Shown here piece after piece: positions 8,801 through 20,007 of a stretch of 64,000 nucleotides of DNA. The stretch is from Gammaproteobacteria bacterium. GTDB lineage: Bacteria > Pseudomonadota > Gammaproteobacteria > Pseudomonadales > PIVM01. The position numbers and the translations under genes are program-made. Position 1 is the stretch's first letter. The number at the start of each line of letters is the position of its first letter. The notes under the pieces are model-generated. The model made no database searches. It was not told the DNA's origin and saw only the letters and a list, made by a program, of their open reading frames with translations. The stretch lies in NCBI GenBank assembly GCA_003353945.1, contig PIVM01000017.1:430-64429 (forward strand). Direction: 5' to 3'.

Positions 8801-10165
8801 TTAGTATTTGTACGTATCGGGTTTAAATGGACCGTCTACAGTTACATTAATATAGTCTGCCTGAGCCTGGGTCAAGCGGGTAACAACACCACTAAAACCG
8901 GCGACCATGTCTGCGGCAACTTCTTCATCCAGTTTCTTAGGCAATACCTTAACGTAGATATTTTTCGCGCGCTCTTCAACTGAAAGAGCGGCAAATTTTT
9001 TCTCCCAGAGATAAATCTGCGCCAGTACCTGGTTGGCAAAAGAACCGTCCATAATCCGTGAGGGGTGGCCGGTGGCATTGCCCAGATTAACCAGGCGTCC
9101 TTCGGACAATAGAATCAGATGATCATTCGCCGCCTTGTTGCGATATATTTTGTGCACCTGCGGTTTGACCTCTTCCCATTCCCATGTCTCGCGCATATAG
9201 GCGGTATCAATCTCACTATCGAAATGACCAATATTACACACGACTGCACGGCTCTTGAGCTTTTGCAACATACCAGCGTCGCAGACATTGGTATTACCGG
9301 TAGTTGTGACAATAAGATCGATATTTGCGAGCAAGTCAGCGTTAATGCAGTCGAGTTTGCCGGTGTTAATGCCGTCAATATAGGGAGAGACCACCTCAAA
9401 TCCATCCATGCAGGCTTGCATGGCGCAGATGGGATCAATTTCACTGACTTTGACGATCATACCTTCCTGGCACAACGAAGCAGCAGAACCTTTACCCACG
9501 TCACCGTAGCCAATTACTAGTGCTTTCTTTCCTGCCAACAGATGGTCGGTGCCGCGCTTGATGGCATCGTTGAGTGAGTGGCGGCAACCATACTTGTTGT
9601 CATTCTTGGACTTGGTGACAGCGTCATTGACATTAATTGCGGGAACCTTTAGTTCGCCTTTTTCCATCATTTCCATCAATCGATGAACGCCTGTTGTGGT
9701 TTCTTCCGAGATACCGTGGCAATTACTTAACACATTTTGATATTTCTCATGCAGCATTTGGGTAAGATCGCCGCCATCGTCCAGAATGATGTTGGCGCCC
9801 CAGTCTTCTCCATTTTTTGCAATGGTTTGCTCTATGCACCACAAAAACTCTTCTTCTGTTTCTCCTTTCCAGGCAAATACAGGTATGTCTGCAGCAGCAA
9901 TCGCAGCGGCTGCATGGTCTTGGGTTGAAAATATATTGCAGGACGACCAGCGCACATCAGCGCCCAGCTCAATTAGAGTTTCGATCAAAACTGCGGTCTG
10001 GATTGTCATATGGATACAACCCATGATTTTTGCCCCGGCCAGAGGGCGCTCGGCTTTGTACTTTTCGCGCAGTGCCATCAAGGCTGGCATTTCGCCTTCA
10101 GCAATATCAATTTCTTTGCGCCCCCATGCAGCGAGGCTGATGTCGGCAACTTTATAATCTGACAT
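8801..10165 (-). CDS. ahcY: Adenosylhomocysteinase
   Basis: 454 aa. N-terminus [22 protein letters not shown]-binding site [11 protein letters not shown]-terminus ...[10 protein letters not shown]. All are characteristic of SAH hydrolase. Confidence 0.95.
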   Translation of the reverse strand: MSDYKVADISLAAWGRKEIDIAEGEMPALMALREKYKAERPLAGAKIMGCIHMTIQTAVLIETLIELGADVRWSSCNIFSTQDHAAAAIAAADIPVFAWKGETEEEFLWCIEQTIAKNGEDWGANIILDDGGDLTQMLHEKYQNVLSNCHGISEETTTGVHRLMEMMEKGELKVPAINVNDAVTKSKNDNKYGCRHSLNDAIKRGTDHLLAGKKALVIGYGDVGKGSAASLCQEGMIVKVSEIDPICAMQACMDGFEVVSPYIDGINTGKLDCINADLLANIDLIVTTTGNTNVCDAGMLQKLKSRAVVCNIGHFDSEIDTAYMRETWEWEEVKPQVHKIYRNKAANDHLILLSEGRLVNLGNATGHPSRIMDGSFANQVLAQIYLWEKKFAALSVEERAKNIYVKVLPKKLDEEVAADMVAGFSGVVTRLTQAQADYINVTVDGPFKPDTYKY

Positions 10166-10193
10166 GTTATAGTTCCTGATTAATTAGTGTGTC

Positions 10194-10219
10194 AACAACC
10201 CGCATGAGCGCGGGTTGTT
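10194..10219 (-). promoter_or_regulatory. Intercistronic GC-rich hairpin between metK and ahcY
   Basis: aacaacccgc (10194-10203) pairs with gcgggttgtt (10210-10219) around a 6-nt loop. No U-tract follows on either strand, so it may be an mRNA processing/stability element or a weak terminator. Confidence 0.4.
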
Positions 10220-10244
10220 ATCGTATTAAAAGGGTTGTTAACCT

Positions 10245-11399
10245 TTACAAGGCAGCTTTTAAAGCTTCGGCTTTGTCGGTTTTTTCCCAAGTGAAAGTGT
10301 CTTCTGTGCGACCAAAGTGACCGTATGCGGCTGTACTTTGATAAATGGGTCGTTTCAGATTTAACATTTCAATCAGTCCTTTGGGACGCAGATCAAAGTG
10401 CTCACTGACCAACTTTGAAATGTGATCATCGGAGATCTTGCCAGTACCAAAAGTATCAATGGCTATAGAGGTAGGTTCGGCAACGCCTATCGCGTAGGAG
10501 ATCTGGATTTCACAGCGCTCAGCTAATCCTGCAGCGACAATGTTTTTTGCGACATAACGTCCGGCATAGGCAGCAGAACGATCAACTTTTGAAGGATCTT
10601 TACCGGAAAATGCGCCGCCGCCATGACGAGCCATGCCACCATAGGTGTCCACAATGATTTTACGGCCGGTCAAACCGCAGTCGCCTACCGGACCACCGAT
10701 AATAAACTGTCCGGTTGGATTGATGTGGTATTGAGTATCCGCATGCAGCCATTCTGCCGGGAGAGTATGTTTGATGATTTCTTCCATAACGGCTTCGCGA
10801 ATATTGGCTTGGGAGATGTCGGGGTCGTGTTGGGTAGAGACTACCACGGCATCAATTGCTACCGGTTTTCCGTCTTCATAGCGTAGAGTTACTTGGCTTT
10901 TTGCATCGGGTCTCATCCAGGGTAGTACTTTGTTTTTGCGCAAATAGGCCTGACGCTCGACCAATCGGTGAGAATAAAAGATGGGCGCAGGCATCAACAC
11001 GTCGGTTTCATTGGTGGCATATCCAAACATCAAACCTTGGTCACCAGCACCTTGCTCTTTCGATTCGCCTTCATCAACACCCATGGCAATATCGGTGGAT
11101 TGTTTGCCAATCGCATTTAATACGGCGCAACTGGCTCCGTCGAATCCAACATCACTACTGTTGTAGCCGATATCCAGAATAACCTTGCGAACAACGTCTT
11201 CCAAATCGACATAGGTTGATGTAGTGACCTCTCCGGCAATGATGGCCATACCGGTCTTAACCATCGTCTCGACGGCTACCCGACCGTTGGGGTCATCTTT
11301 GATGACGGCGTCTACGATGGCATCGGATATCTGGTCAGCCATTTTGTCGGGGTGACCTTCTGAGACAGACTCGGAAGTAAATACGGGATATGCGCTCAT
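10245..11399 (-). CDS. metK: S-adenosylmethionine synthetase
   Basis: 384 aa with [44 protein letters not shown]. Confidence 0.97.
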   Translation of the reverse strand: MSAYPVFTSESVSEGHPDKMADQISDAIVDAVIKDDPNGRVAVETMVKTGMAIIAGEVTTSTYVDLEDVVRKVILDIGYNSSDVGFDGASCAVLNAIGKQSTDIAMGVDEGESKEQGAGDQGLMFGYATNETDVLMPAPIFYSHRLVERQAYLRKNKVLPWMRPDAKSQVTLRYEDGKPVAIDAVVVSTQHDPDISQANIREAVMEEIIKHTLPAEWLHADTQYHINPTGQFIIGGPVGDCGLTGRKIIVDTYGGMARHGGGAFSGKDPSKVDRSAAYAGRYVAKNIVAAGLAERCEIQISYAIGVAEPTSIAIDTFGTGKISDDHISKLVSEHFDLRPKGLIEMLNLKRPIYQSTAAYGHFGRTEDTFTWEKTDKAEALKAAL

Positions 11400-11414
11400 A
11401 ATGATGTTTCCTTC

Positions 11415-12407
11415 TTACTTTGATTTAAAAAAATGACGAACTTGGATTCGAAATCCGTTACGCAAAGCCAGATACATATCTTGCCCTGCAGTTAAATTGA
11501 CATTGCTGGCCCAATGATTGAGATCTTCAGGTTCAAACCCCAGCCAAAGGTCTCCGCAGCTTTCTTGAACCCATGACTGATTGTGATGACATAAATCGCA
11601 TATCAGTAGAGCGCCGCCGGGCTTCAGGCAGGTGCTCAAATCGCGAAAAATGTCAGCGGGTGATGGTGTGTGATGCAGTACCATATTGACAACGATACAG
11701 TCTGCCGACAATGCGCGTTGAACGCAGGCGCTGGTATCTGCATGTATTAATTGCACATTGCTCAGGTCTTCTTCTTTTACCAGTTCGGTAGCACGATTTA
11801 GCATCTCGGCCGAACTGTCGATGGCAATAACCTGTTCAAATCGCTGGCTTAATTTACCTAAAAAGGCGCCATCGCCAGGACCGATTTCAAGAGCGGTTTG
11901 CCTTGATGGCAGTGGTACGCTGTCAAGCAATGCCTTAACACTGTCACCGTAATGCGTCAGGCTTGCGATCAGATCCTGCTGTTCACGAAACTTATGGGCA
12001 TTTTCCTCAAAAAAACGTTGCGAATTTGCCATCCTGTTTTGTTGTATCAGAGTGACCCCTTTCTGCACATGAGTGGGTAAGTGGAGTTGATCGATACTAC
12101 GAAACAGTTGTTTTTGCAATGGAATTAATGCGCTTGACAGGGCTTGATGAGCACGTCGGTAGAAGATGGAATTGCCTTCGCGCATTTTGGTTACCAAGCC
12201 TGCAGTGGCCAGAACCTTTAGATGGTGGCTCATGGCGGACTGTTTTATATTGAATATGGTACATAGCTCAAGCACACCAAATGATTCCTGGTTTAACACG
12301 CGCAATACCTCCAGGCGCAATTGGTCACCAGAGGCTTTGAGCAATGACGCCAGTGCTTCGCAGTCGGCGCCGTAATCTTCTGAAATATCTGCTTGTGTTA
12401 ACGGCAT
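11415..12407 (-). CDS. sahR: ArsR-family wHTH fused to a SAM-methyltransferase-fold domain (SahR-type regulator of the methyl cycle)
   Basis: An ArsR HTH (LELCTIFNIKQSAMSHHLKVLATAGLV) is joined to a class I methyltransferase motif I (ALEIGPGDGAF). The gene sits 15 nt upstream of metK on the same strand. I prefer the ATG at 12407 to the GTG at 12434 given in the ORF track. Confidence 0.75.
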   Translation of the reverse strand: MPLTQADISEDYGADCEALASLLKASGDQLRLEVLRVLNQESFGVLELCTIFNIKQSAMSHHLKVLATAGLVTKMREGNSIFYRRAHQALSSALIPLQKQLFRSIDQLHLPTHVQKGVTLIQQNRMANSQRFFEENAHKFREQQDLIASLTHYGDSVKALLDSVPLPSRQTALEIGPGDGAFLGKLSQRFEQVIAIDSSAEMLNRATELVKEEDLSNVQLIHADTSACVQRALSADCIVVNMVLHHTPSPADIFRDLSTCLKPGGALLICDLCHHNQSWVQESCGDLWLGFEPEDLNHWASNVNLTAGQDMYLALRNGFRIQVRHFFKSK

Positions 12408-12420
12408 GGTGGGGGAGTCT

Positions 12421-12467
12421 AGCAAGATTTGCACACTATATCAAAATAATTTGATATAGATCTTGCT
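12421..12467. promoter_or_regulatory. Nested inverted repeat, candidate operator in the sahR/tkt divergent region
   Basis: AGCAAGAT (12421-12428) pairs with ATCTTGCT (12460-12467). These flank CTATATCAAA (12436-12445), an ATAA spacer, and TTTGATATAG (12450-12459). Read directly from the sequence. Confidence 0.5.
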
Positions 12468-12598
12468 GTAAGTTGTGAACCTTTAATATTTTTTGCTAAA
12501 TACCGGTTTATTTCATGCTCACATTTGCTGAATGGGAGAAGCTGCGAGACAATGGCCGCCTTTTTCAAAATGACAATACATAACTCAGGAGTTAATCG

Positions 12599-14602
12599 AT
12601 GCCATCCCGTAATCAACTTGCCAATGCAATCCGCGCACTCAGTATGGATGCTGTGCAGCAAGCGAAAAGTGGTCACCCGGGAGCCCCGATGGGTATGGCT
12701 GATATCGCCGAAGTATTATGGAATGATTTTCTTCAGCACAACCCTGCCAATCCAAAATGGCCTAATCGGGATCGATTTGTATTGTCCAACGGTCATGGTT
12801 CGATGCTTTTGTATTCCTTATTACATCTAAGTGGATATGAATTAAGTATTGATGATTTAAAGAATTTTCGACAATTGGGCGCCAAAACGGCCGGTCATCC
12901 AGAGTATGGTGAGGCGCCAGGTGTTGAAACAACAACCGGGCCATTGGGACAAGGCGTCAGTAATGCAGTGGGTATGGCCTTGGCAGAAAAGATATTGGCC
13001 TCTCAATTTAATCGAGATGGACATAAGATTGTTGATCATCATACCTATACATTTCTGGGTGATGGATGCTTGATGGAAGGGATTTCACATGAATCCTGTT
13101 CATTGGCTGGAACGTGGGGCCTGGGTAAATTAATCGCTTTTTACGATGATAATGGGATTTCCATTGATGGCGAGGTCAAAGGCTGGTTTACCGACAATAC
13201 ACCGGAACGATTTGCTGCCTATGGCTGGCATGTGGTGGAGGATGTGGATGGCCATGACGCTGAAGCGATTAAGGCCGCGATACAATTGGCCCGTTCAGAA
13301 GAGGATAAGCCCAGTCTGATTTGTTGTAAGACGATTATTGGCAAAGGTTCTCCGAATAAACAAGGCAAGGAAGACTGTCATGGCGCGCCGCTAGGCGTGG
13401 ATGAGGTTTCCATGGCGCGTCGTTCGCTGGGTTGGCAGCATGAACCGTTTGTGATTCCAGAGGATATCTATCAGGATTGGGATGCAAAATCCGCTGGTGC
13501 TGAACGTGAGTCAGCTTGGCAGCAAAAATTTGATGCCTACCAATCTGAATATCCCGAATTAGCCGCAGAGTACAGTAGGCGTATTGCGGGCAAGTTGCCC
13601 GACGGTTTTGCACAACAAGCTGCAGACTATATTCGCCAGTGCCAGGAGACAGGGGAATCAATAGCGACACGCAAAGCCAGCCAAAATTGCCTGAATGCCT
13701 TCGGGCCGATGTTGCCCGAGTTGCTGGGTGGTTCTGCGGATTTGGCAGGTTCAAATCTGACATTATGGTCTGGTTCAAAACCCATCAGTAAAGAGGATGC
13801 CAGTGGAAACTACCTCAATTACGGGGTACGGGAATTCGGTATGGCAGCCATTATGAATGGCATTGCCTTGTACGGTGGGTTTATCAACTATGGCGCCACC
13901 TTTTTGGTGTTTATGGAGTATTGCCGTAACGCGATTCGCATGGCCGCGTTAATGAAGCAACAGAGTATCTTTGTCTTTACCCACGACTCTATTGGATTAG
14001 GTGAAGACGGTCCAACCCATCAACCCGTGGAACAGATTGCTAATTTACGCAATACCCCGAACCTGTCAACCTGGAGACCCTGTGATGCAGTAGAGTCGGC
14101 TGTGGCTTGGAAAGCAGCAATGGAATATCAAAATGGACCGACCGCACTGATATTCAGTCGCCAGGGTTTGCCTCATCAATCCCGCAATGATCAGCAATTG
14201 GCTGATGTGGAGAAAGGTGCCTATATACTCAGTGATGCGGAAAATGGTGCATGTGATGCGATTATTATCGCCACGGGTTCAGAAGTGCATTTGGCGATGG
14301 AAGCTGCAAATACATTGCGCAGCAGTGGCCATATGATTCGAGTGGTATCCATGCCTTGTGCGGACCGTTTTGATGCACAGGATGCATCCTACAAGGAAGC
14401 AGTATTACCCGCTGCCGTCACGCGACGGTTGGCAGTGGAGGCTACTCATCAGGACTTCTGGTATAAATACGTGGGATTGACCGGGCGCATTATCGGTATG
14501 AAGGGATTTGGCGCATCGGCACCTGCTAGTGATCTGATGCGTGAATTTGGTTTTACTGTGGATAATATTGTCACTCAGCTTGAGGAATTATTGGCAGCTT
14601 AA
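12599..14602 (+). CDS. tkt: Transketolase
   Basis: 667 aa with [23 protein letters not shown] and [16 protein letters not shown]. Confidence 0.97.
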   Translation: MPSRNQLANAIRALSMDAVQQAKSGHPGAPMGMADIAEVLWNDFLQHNPANPKWPNRDRFVLSNGHGSMLLYSLLHLSGYELSIDDLKNFRQLGAKTAGHPEYGEAPGVETTTGPLGQGVSNAVGMALAEKILASQFNRDGHKIVDHHTYTFLGDGCLMEGISHESCSLAGTWGLGKLIAFYDDNGISIDGEVKGWFTDNTPERFAAYGWHVVEDVDGHDAEAIKAAIQLARSEEDKPSLICCKTIIGKGSPNKQGKEDCHGAPLGVDEVSMARRSLGWQHEPFVIPEDIYQDWDAKSAGAERESAWQQKFDAYQSEYPELAAEYSRRIAGKLPDGFAQQAADYIRQCQETGESIATRKASQNCLNAFGPMLPELLGGSADLAGSNLTLWSGSKPISKEDASGNYLNYGVREFGMAAIMNGIALYGGFINYGATFLVFMEYCRNAIRMAALMKQQSIFVFTHDSIGLGEDGPTHQPVEQIANLRNTPNLSTWRPCDAVESAVAWKAAMEYQNGPTALIFSRQGLPHQSRNDQQLADVEKGAYILSDAENGACDAIIIATGSEVHLAMEAANTLRSSGHMIRVVSMPCADRFDAQDASYKEAVLPAAVTRRLAVEATHQDFWYKYVGLTGRIIGMKGFGASAPASDLMREFGFTVDNIVTQLEELLAA

Positions 14603-15630
14603 TGATTTATCGGCTGGCGATAAACGGTTATGGGCGGATTGGTCGCAGTGTGCTGCGGGCACTCTATGAGTCGGAACGTTATCAGCAGATGCGGGTTGTG
14701 GCAATTAATGAGCCCGCTGATCTGAAGACCGTTGCTCACCTGACAAAATACGATTCCACCCACGGTCGCTTTCCCGGTCAGGTTAAACAATTGGCTAAAG
14801 GGATACAGGTCAATGACGATGTCATTGCCGTCAGCCATTCAAGGCTGACAAATGACCTCCCCTGGCAGCAGCAATATGTCGACCTGGTATTAGAGTGCAG
14901 TGGTGAATTTGGTGATCGGCAATCGGCCGAACAACATTTGCGTGCTGGCAGTCGTCGCTTGCTGTTCTCTCACCCAACGGACGCTGATGAGGTGGATGCC
15001 ACGATTGTGTACGGCATCAATGATCATCTTATCAATCCTGAGCATCGCATCCTTTCCAGCGCTTCTTGCACCACCAACGGTGTGGCTCCCGTGATCGAAA
15101 CCTTGCATGGAGCCTTGGGTATTGAAAACGGGTCGATTACCACCGTGCATTCGGCGATGAACGATCAGCCGGTGATTGATGCATATCATCATACGGATTT
15201 ACGTAAAACAAGAGCTGCAGGACAGTCTATAATTCCAGTAGAAACTGCATTGGCAAAAGGTGTGGAACGCATTTTCCCGGAGCTCATTGGGTGTTTTTCA
15301 GCACAGGCGCTACGAGTTCCCACCGTGACTGTCTCGGCTATGGACTTGACGATATGGGTAACACAGAAAACCAGTGAGGCGCATGTCAATGACTTGCTTG
15401 AACAAGCGAGTCAAAACAAGTTAAAGGGCATATTAGGGGTAACCGATGAGCCCTTGGCATCCTGTGATTTTATCCATGATGCACGTTCTGCCATTGTCGA
15501 TATGGGACAGACGCGTGTCAGTGGTGGTCGCCTGGTGAAGGTACTGATTTGGTTCGATAACGAATGGGCTTATGCCAACCGTATGTTGGATGTGGCTTAT
15601 CATTTGATGCAGTTGGATTTAGAGCGTTAA
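14602..15630 (+). CDS. epd: Erythrose-4-phosphate dehydrogenase-type GAPDH family protein
   Basis: Motifs INGYGRIGR, SCTTN, HSAMNDQPVIDAYH, RAAGQSIIPV, WFDNEWAYANRML. It resembles E. coli Epd more than GapA, from memory. Position is tkt-epd-pgk, and the start overlaps the tkt stop (TAATG). Confidence 0.8.
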   Translation: MIYRLAINGYGRIGRSVLRALYESERYQQMRVVAINEPADLKTVAHLTKYDSTHGRFPGQVKQLAKGIQVNDDVIAVSHSRLTNDLPWQQQYVDLVLECSGEFGDRQSAEQHLRAGSRRLLFSHPTDADEVDATIVYGINDHLINPEHRILSSASCTTNGVAPVIETLHGALGIENGSITTVHSAMNDQPVIDAYHHTDLRKTRAAGQSIIPVETALAKGVERIFPELIGCFSAQALRVPTVTVSAMDLTIWVTQKTSEAHVNDLLEQASQNKLKGILGVTDEPLASCDFIHDARSAIVDMGQTRVSGGRLVKVLIWFDNEWAYANRMLDVAYHLMQLDLER

Positions 15631-15651
15631 CAGCAAAGAGGAAAGGCAATC

Positions 15652-16827
15652 ATGGCCACTAAAAAGATGACTAATTTGGATCTGGTCGGAAAACGGGTGT
15701 TGATTCGCGAAGATCTGAATGTACCGCTGAAGGATGGCAAGGTAAGCAGTGATGTGCGTATTCGAGCGGCATTACCGACTATTCAACATGCGTTGGCAGC
15801 TGGCGCCAGGTTGATGCTGATGTCTCATCTCGGGCGCCCCAGCGAGGGAGCAAGCGCAGAGGAAAATGCACCATTTACGATGCAACCGGTTGCAGATCAC
15901 CTGGCGGAGCTGTTGGGTCGAGCTGTGCCATTAGTTAAAAACTATCTTGAGGAAGCCGTTGAGGTAGCAGGGGGAGAAGTGGTGCTGCTGGAAAATGTAC
16001 GTTTTAATCCAGGGGAGAAAAAGAACGAAGAAGCATTGTCAAAAGCCTACGCAGCGTTATGTGATATTTATGTGATGGATGCGTTTGGTACCGCGCATCG
16101 GGCACAAGCATCGACTCACGGCGCTGCCAAATATGCGCCCGTAGCATGTGCAGGGCCACTGTTGGCTAATGAACTGGATGCGCTTGGCAAGGCCTTGAAA
16201 AATCCGGAGCATCCCGTGATCGCTATTGTGGGAGGATCGAAAGTTTCTACTAAGTTAACTGTATTGGAAACCTTATCGGAAAAAGTGGATCAGTTGATCG
16301 TCGGTGGTGGTATTGCCAATACTTTTTTAGCCGCTAAAGGCAAACCGGTTGGCAAGTCTCTGCAAGAGGCCGATCTGATGAATGAATCAAACGCGTTGAT
16401 GGATAAAACCTCTATTCCCTTGCCGGTCGATGTGGTCGTTGGCAAGGCGTTTTCTGAATCGGCCGAGGCGACATTAAAATCTGTCGATGACGTAGCGGAC
16501 GATGATATGATTTTAGATGTCGGACCACAAACAGCCGAGCTTTTTGCCTCTATCGTTAAGTCTGCTAAAACGATTATCTGGAATGGGCCTGTGGGTGTGT
16601 TTGAGTTTGATCAATTTGCTCAGGGTACCAAGAGCCTTGCGATGGAAATAGCTGACAGCGACGGTTTTTCCCTCGCTGGTGGTGGCGACACGTTGGCAGC
16701 GGTGGATAAATACGAAATTGCGGATAAAATTTCTTATATTTCAACAGGTGGTGGCGCATTTCTGGAGTATGTTGAAGGCAAGGTGTTGCCAGCAGTCGCT
16801 ATGTTAGAAGAACGCGCCGACGACTAA
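15652..16827 (+). CDS. pgk: Phosphoglycerate kinase
   Basis: 391 aa with [24 protein letters not shown] and GGGDT. Confidence 0.96.
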   Translation: MATKKMTNLDLVGKRVLIREDLNVPLKDGKVSSDVRIRAALPTIQHALAAGARLMLMSHLGRPSEGASAEENAPFTMQPVADHLAELLGRAVPLVKNYLEEAVEVAGGEVVLLENVRFNPGEKKNEEALSKAYAALCDIYVMDAFGTAHRAQASTHGAAKYAPVACAGPLLANELDALGKALKNPEHPVIAIVGGSKVSTKLTVLETLSEKVDQLIVGGGIANTFLAAKGKPVGKSLQEADLMNESNALMDKTSIPLPVDVVVGKAFSESAEATLKSVDDVADDDMILDVGPQTAELFASIVKSAKTIIWNGPVGVFEFDQFAQGTKSLAMEIADSDGFSLAGGGDTLAAVDKYEIADKISYISTGGGAFLEYVEGKVLPAVAMLEERADD

Positions 16828-16852
16828 ATCAGACGCACAAGGGGGCGCAATA

Positions 16853-17513
16853 GTGCCATTAGTAAGCATGAGACAATTGCTGGATCACGCCGCAGAATAC
16901 GGCTACGGTGTGCCTGCTTTTAATGTAAATAATTTGGAACAAACCCGTGCCATTATGGAGGCCGCGAATGAAACCTGCAGCCCCGTGATAATGCAGGCAT
17001 CGGCCGGTGCGCGAAAATATGCCGGCTCGAATTTTTTGCGCCATATGATTTTGGCTGCGATTGAAGAGTTTCCCGATATTCCTATCTGTATGCATCAGGA
17101 TCATGGTGTCAGATCCGGCGATCTGCCAGCAATCTATTCAGTTGGGTTTCAGTTCCGTCATGACGGACGGTTCCTTGAGAGATGATGGAAAAACGCCGGC
17201 CAGTTATGACTGCAACGTGGAGGTCACTCGCAAAACGGTGGACATGGCCCATGCTTGTGGTGTATCCGTCGAAGGTGAACTTGGATGTTTGGGTTCTCTG
17301 GAAACTGGCGAAGCCGGTGAAGAAGACGGCGTTGGTGCAGAGGGCAAGTTGTCCCAGGATCAATTACTGACAGACCCGGAAGAATCCGCACATTGTGTTG
17401 CGCGCTATGAGGCCTTCGGTACTGCCGGCAATGCCGATAAAATAAAGGTTGTAGGTTTGGAAGCAATGAGTGAGCGTTATGCAAGTGGTGAATTGGACCC
17501 GAACGTCAACTAG
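16853..17513 (+). pseudogene. fba: Class II fructose-1,6-bisphosphate aldolase, disrupted by a +1 frameshift near 17108-17111 and an internal deletion of about 135 codons (junction about 17388-17402)
   Basis: ORF 16853-17185 gives [30 protein letters not shown]...CMHQDHG. ORF 17061-17513 continues in another frame with [22 protein letters not shown]...[12 protein letters not shown]...LLTDPEE. It then runs directly into the C-terminal [16 protein letters not shown]...GELDPNVN. Confidence 0.8.
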
Positions 17514-17585
17514 CTTTCAAAGAGTGACCAACTTATATTTACAAGGGGTAGTTAACAACTGCCCCAGTTAACAGCTGCCCAGTCT

Positions 17586-18557
17586 ATGGATGTTTCTCAG
17601 CTTAAACCCTTGCCAGCATTATGCTTCGATGATTTGACGCCTGCGCGATCTCGAGATAAAGACTACTTTGCTTTTTACGGTATTGATTTTGAAAATCGAC
17701 TTGACGGGGTAGAGCATTTTTTTGGTGCATTGCCTGTTGCGGGGCATCAGATTGCCACGCACTATTATTGCCAGGCGAGCCGCTCTCCCATTTTATATGT
17801 CATGCATGGCTATTTTGATCATGTTGGTTTGTTTTCTCATATCATTGATTGGGGATTACAGCAGGGCTATGCGGTTGTCGCCTTTGATTTACCCGGCCAT
17901 GGTTTGTCCGACGGTGAAGAGGCCAGTATTTCCGATTTTGAACAGTATCGAAAAGTCCTTGAGGGTGTGCTTAAACTGACGTCCTGTTGTGGTGACGGCC
18001 CTTACCACTTGGTGGCTCAAAGTACCGGTTGTGCCATAGTAATGGATTATCTGCAGCAGACCAGCTATCGGCCTTTTGAAAAAATGGTATTTTTAGCACC
18101 CTTGGTAAGGCCAGTGCACTGGTGGTGGATTCGCCTGCAGATGTTATTAGGGCGAGGTACGATGCAGACAGTCAAGCGTCGTTTTGTGCGTAATTCACAT
18201 GACGAAGAGTTTCTGCAGTTTCTTGCTGAACAAGATTCGCTGCAGGCGCGCATTATCTCAGTTCCCTGGTTGCATGCCTTGAAGATGTGGATAAAGCGCT
18301 TTCATACAGCCCAGCCCATATCTGGACTTTCGCTAATGGTGATCCAGGGAACAGGCGATGGCACTGTAGACTGGCGTTACAATTTACGGCTTATTGAGAG
18401 AAAATTTCCTGGTTTGATTCTTCATAAGATTTCGCATGCGAGGCATCATATGGCGAATGAGTCGGAACCGATCAGGAGAGAGTTTTTGTCATTGATGGAG
18501 GCGTATTTGCTTCAAGGGAAAAATTTACTTCAAGGAAAAAAGGAGCCCCAAGAATAA
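17586..18557 (+). CDS. Alpha/beta hydrolase (lysophospholipase/monoacylglycerol-lipase-like)
   Basis: 323 aa with YVMHGYFDH, FDLPGHGLSDG and a nucleophile elbow of AQSTG (Ala replaces the first Gly of GxSxG). The C-terminus carries a duplicated LLQGK. Confidence 0.7.
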   Translation: MDVSQLKPLPALCFDDLTPARSRDKDYFAFYGIDFENRLDGVEHFFGALPVAGHQIATHYYCQASRSPILYVMHGYFDHVGLFSHIIDWGLQQGYAVVAFDLPGHGLSDGEEASISDFEQYRKVLEGVLKLTSCCGDGPYHLVAQSTGCAIVMDYLQQTSYRPFEKMVFLAPLVRPVHWWWIRLQMLLGRGTMQTVKRRFVRNSHDEEFLQFLAEQDSLQARIISVPWLHALKMWIKRFHTAQPISGLSLMVIQGTGDGTVDWRYNLRLIERKFPGLILHKISHARHHMANESEPIRREFLSLMEAYLLQGKNLLQGKKEPQE

Positions 18558-18635
18558 GTAGAGACTAACGATAGTACACGTATCAGCCCTCATCTCGAAT
18601 AGGCTCCCTGATCCATGGTATTGGCAGTGGATCGA

Positions 18636-19865
18636 TTAGAACAGTACCCTCGTTCGTAACGTGCCTTTAATTTCCCTTAAATTTTTCAGTGCCAGTTTGC
18701 TGGATCCTTCATCCAGATCGATCACTACATACCCGATATCGTCTTTGGTTTGCAGATACTGTGCAGAGATATTAATTTGGTTGTCGGAAAAAACTGTGTT
18801 GATTTCCGATAAAACACCGGGAATATTTCGGTGTATGTGCAGTAATCGATGCTTTCCGGGGTGAGCCGGTAATGCCACTTCGGGGAAATTGACTGACGAA
18901 ACAGATGTACCGTTATCGCTATATTTAATCAGTTTTTCCGCTACCTCAGAGCCGATATTTTCCTGCGCTTCGGCAGTTGATCCCCCGATATGGGGCGTAA
19001 GGAAAACATTATCAAACTCTCTTAGTGGTGATAGAAACTCTTCTTCATTGGATTTTGGCTCAATAGGAAACACGTCAATTGCAGCGCCTCCAAGCTGTTT
19101 GCTTTGTAGGGCCTGCGACAAAGCATCGATATCAACCACTGTGCCCCGGGATGCATTCATTAGAATGGTGCCTTGTTTCATAAGAGCTATTGCGCGTTGA
19201 TCAATCATATTATGCGTGGTGGGAGTTTCTGGAACGTGCAGGCTCACGACATCGGATTGTTGTAGTAGAGAGTCAAGACTGACCATCTGCTTGGCGTTGC
19301 CAATGGGTAGTTTATTGGCAGTGTCATAGAAACAGACTTGCATACCGAGTGATTCAGCAATAACGCTGAGTTGCATGCCAATATTGCCGTAACCAATAAT
19401 ACCCAGGGTTTTGCCGCGGATTTCATAGGCGTTTGCGGCTGATTTTTGCCAGATGCCTTGGTGAGCCAAGCTGTTTTTTTCCGCTATCCCGCGGAGTAAC
19501 AAAATGGCTTCGGCCATTACCAGTTCGGCGACACTGCGAGTGTTTGAAAATGGTGCATTGAATACTGTTATGCCGCGAGAGGTTGCGGCTTTTAAATCCA
19601 CCTGATTGGTGCCGATACAAAAACAGCCGAGTGCTATCAATTTCTGCGCGGCATTTAACACCGTTGAAGTGAGCTGGGTGCGAGAGCGAATACCAACAAA
19701 ATGCACGTCTTTAATTTTTTCGATTAATTGTTCTTCGGATAATGCTGTTTTTAAATACTCAATATTGCGATATCCGTTGTTTTGTAGCGTTTCAACGGCG
19801 GAAAGATGTACGCCTTCCAATAATAAAAACTTAATTTTGTCTTTTTCTAATGACGTTTTGCTCAT
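18636..19865 (-). CDS. serA: D-3-phosphoglycerate dehydrogenase with C-terminal ACT domain
   Basis: 409 aa. N-terminus KIKFLLLEG, NAD-binding site GIIGYGNIGMQL, catalytic region NVFLTPHIGGST, and an ACT-like tail HRLLHIHRNIPGVL. Confidence 0.93.
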   Translation of the reverse strand: MSKTSLEKDKIKFLLLEGVHLSAVETLQNNGYRNIEYLKTALSEEQLIEKIKDVHFVGIRSRTQLTSTVLNAAQKLIALGCFCIGTNQVDLKAATSRGITVFNAPFSNTRSVAELVMAEAILLLRGIAEKNSLAHQGIWQKSAANAYEIRGKTLGIIGYGNIGMQLSVIAESLGMQVCFYDTANKLPIGNAKQMVSLDSLLQQSDVVSLHVPETPTTHNMIDQRAIALMKQGTILMNASRGTVVDIDALSQALQSKQLGGAAIDVFPIEPKSNEEEFLSPLREFDNVFLTPHIGGSTAEAQENIGSEVAEKLIKYSDNGTSVSSVNFPEVALPAHPGKHRLLHIHRNIPGVLSEINTVFSDNQINISAQYLQTKDDIGYVVIDLDEGSSKLALKNLREIKGTLRTRVLF

Positions 19866-20007
19866 GGTAGAGGTGAAACCTGTGCTGGGGGTCGAGATAA
19901 ACTTTAAGGAAGGCGCCGTATGGTATCATAGGCGGGCAATCTTACCCATAATTGTCACACTCAAGATAAGGTAGGTTCGGGTGTAAAAGGCTGAGGAAAT
20001 CATCAAT

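Noticed and set aside
10166-10244. Possible SAH riboswitch in front of ahcY
   Set aside because: SAH riboswitches are known upstream of ahcY in some proteobacteria. This 79-nt spacer contains only a simple 10-bp hairpin and none of the conserved SAH-aptamer pseudoknot sequence I remember. Regulation is more plausibly by the SahR-type protein.
12419-12830. 85-aa minus-strand and 101-aa plus-strand ORFs spanning the sahR-tkt intergenic region
   Set aside because: They cover the divergent promoter/operator region and the tkt 5' end in the wrong frame. They show no motifs and no ribosome-binding sites.
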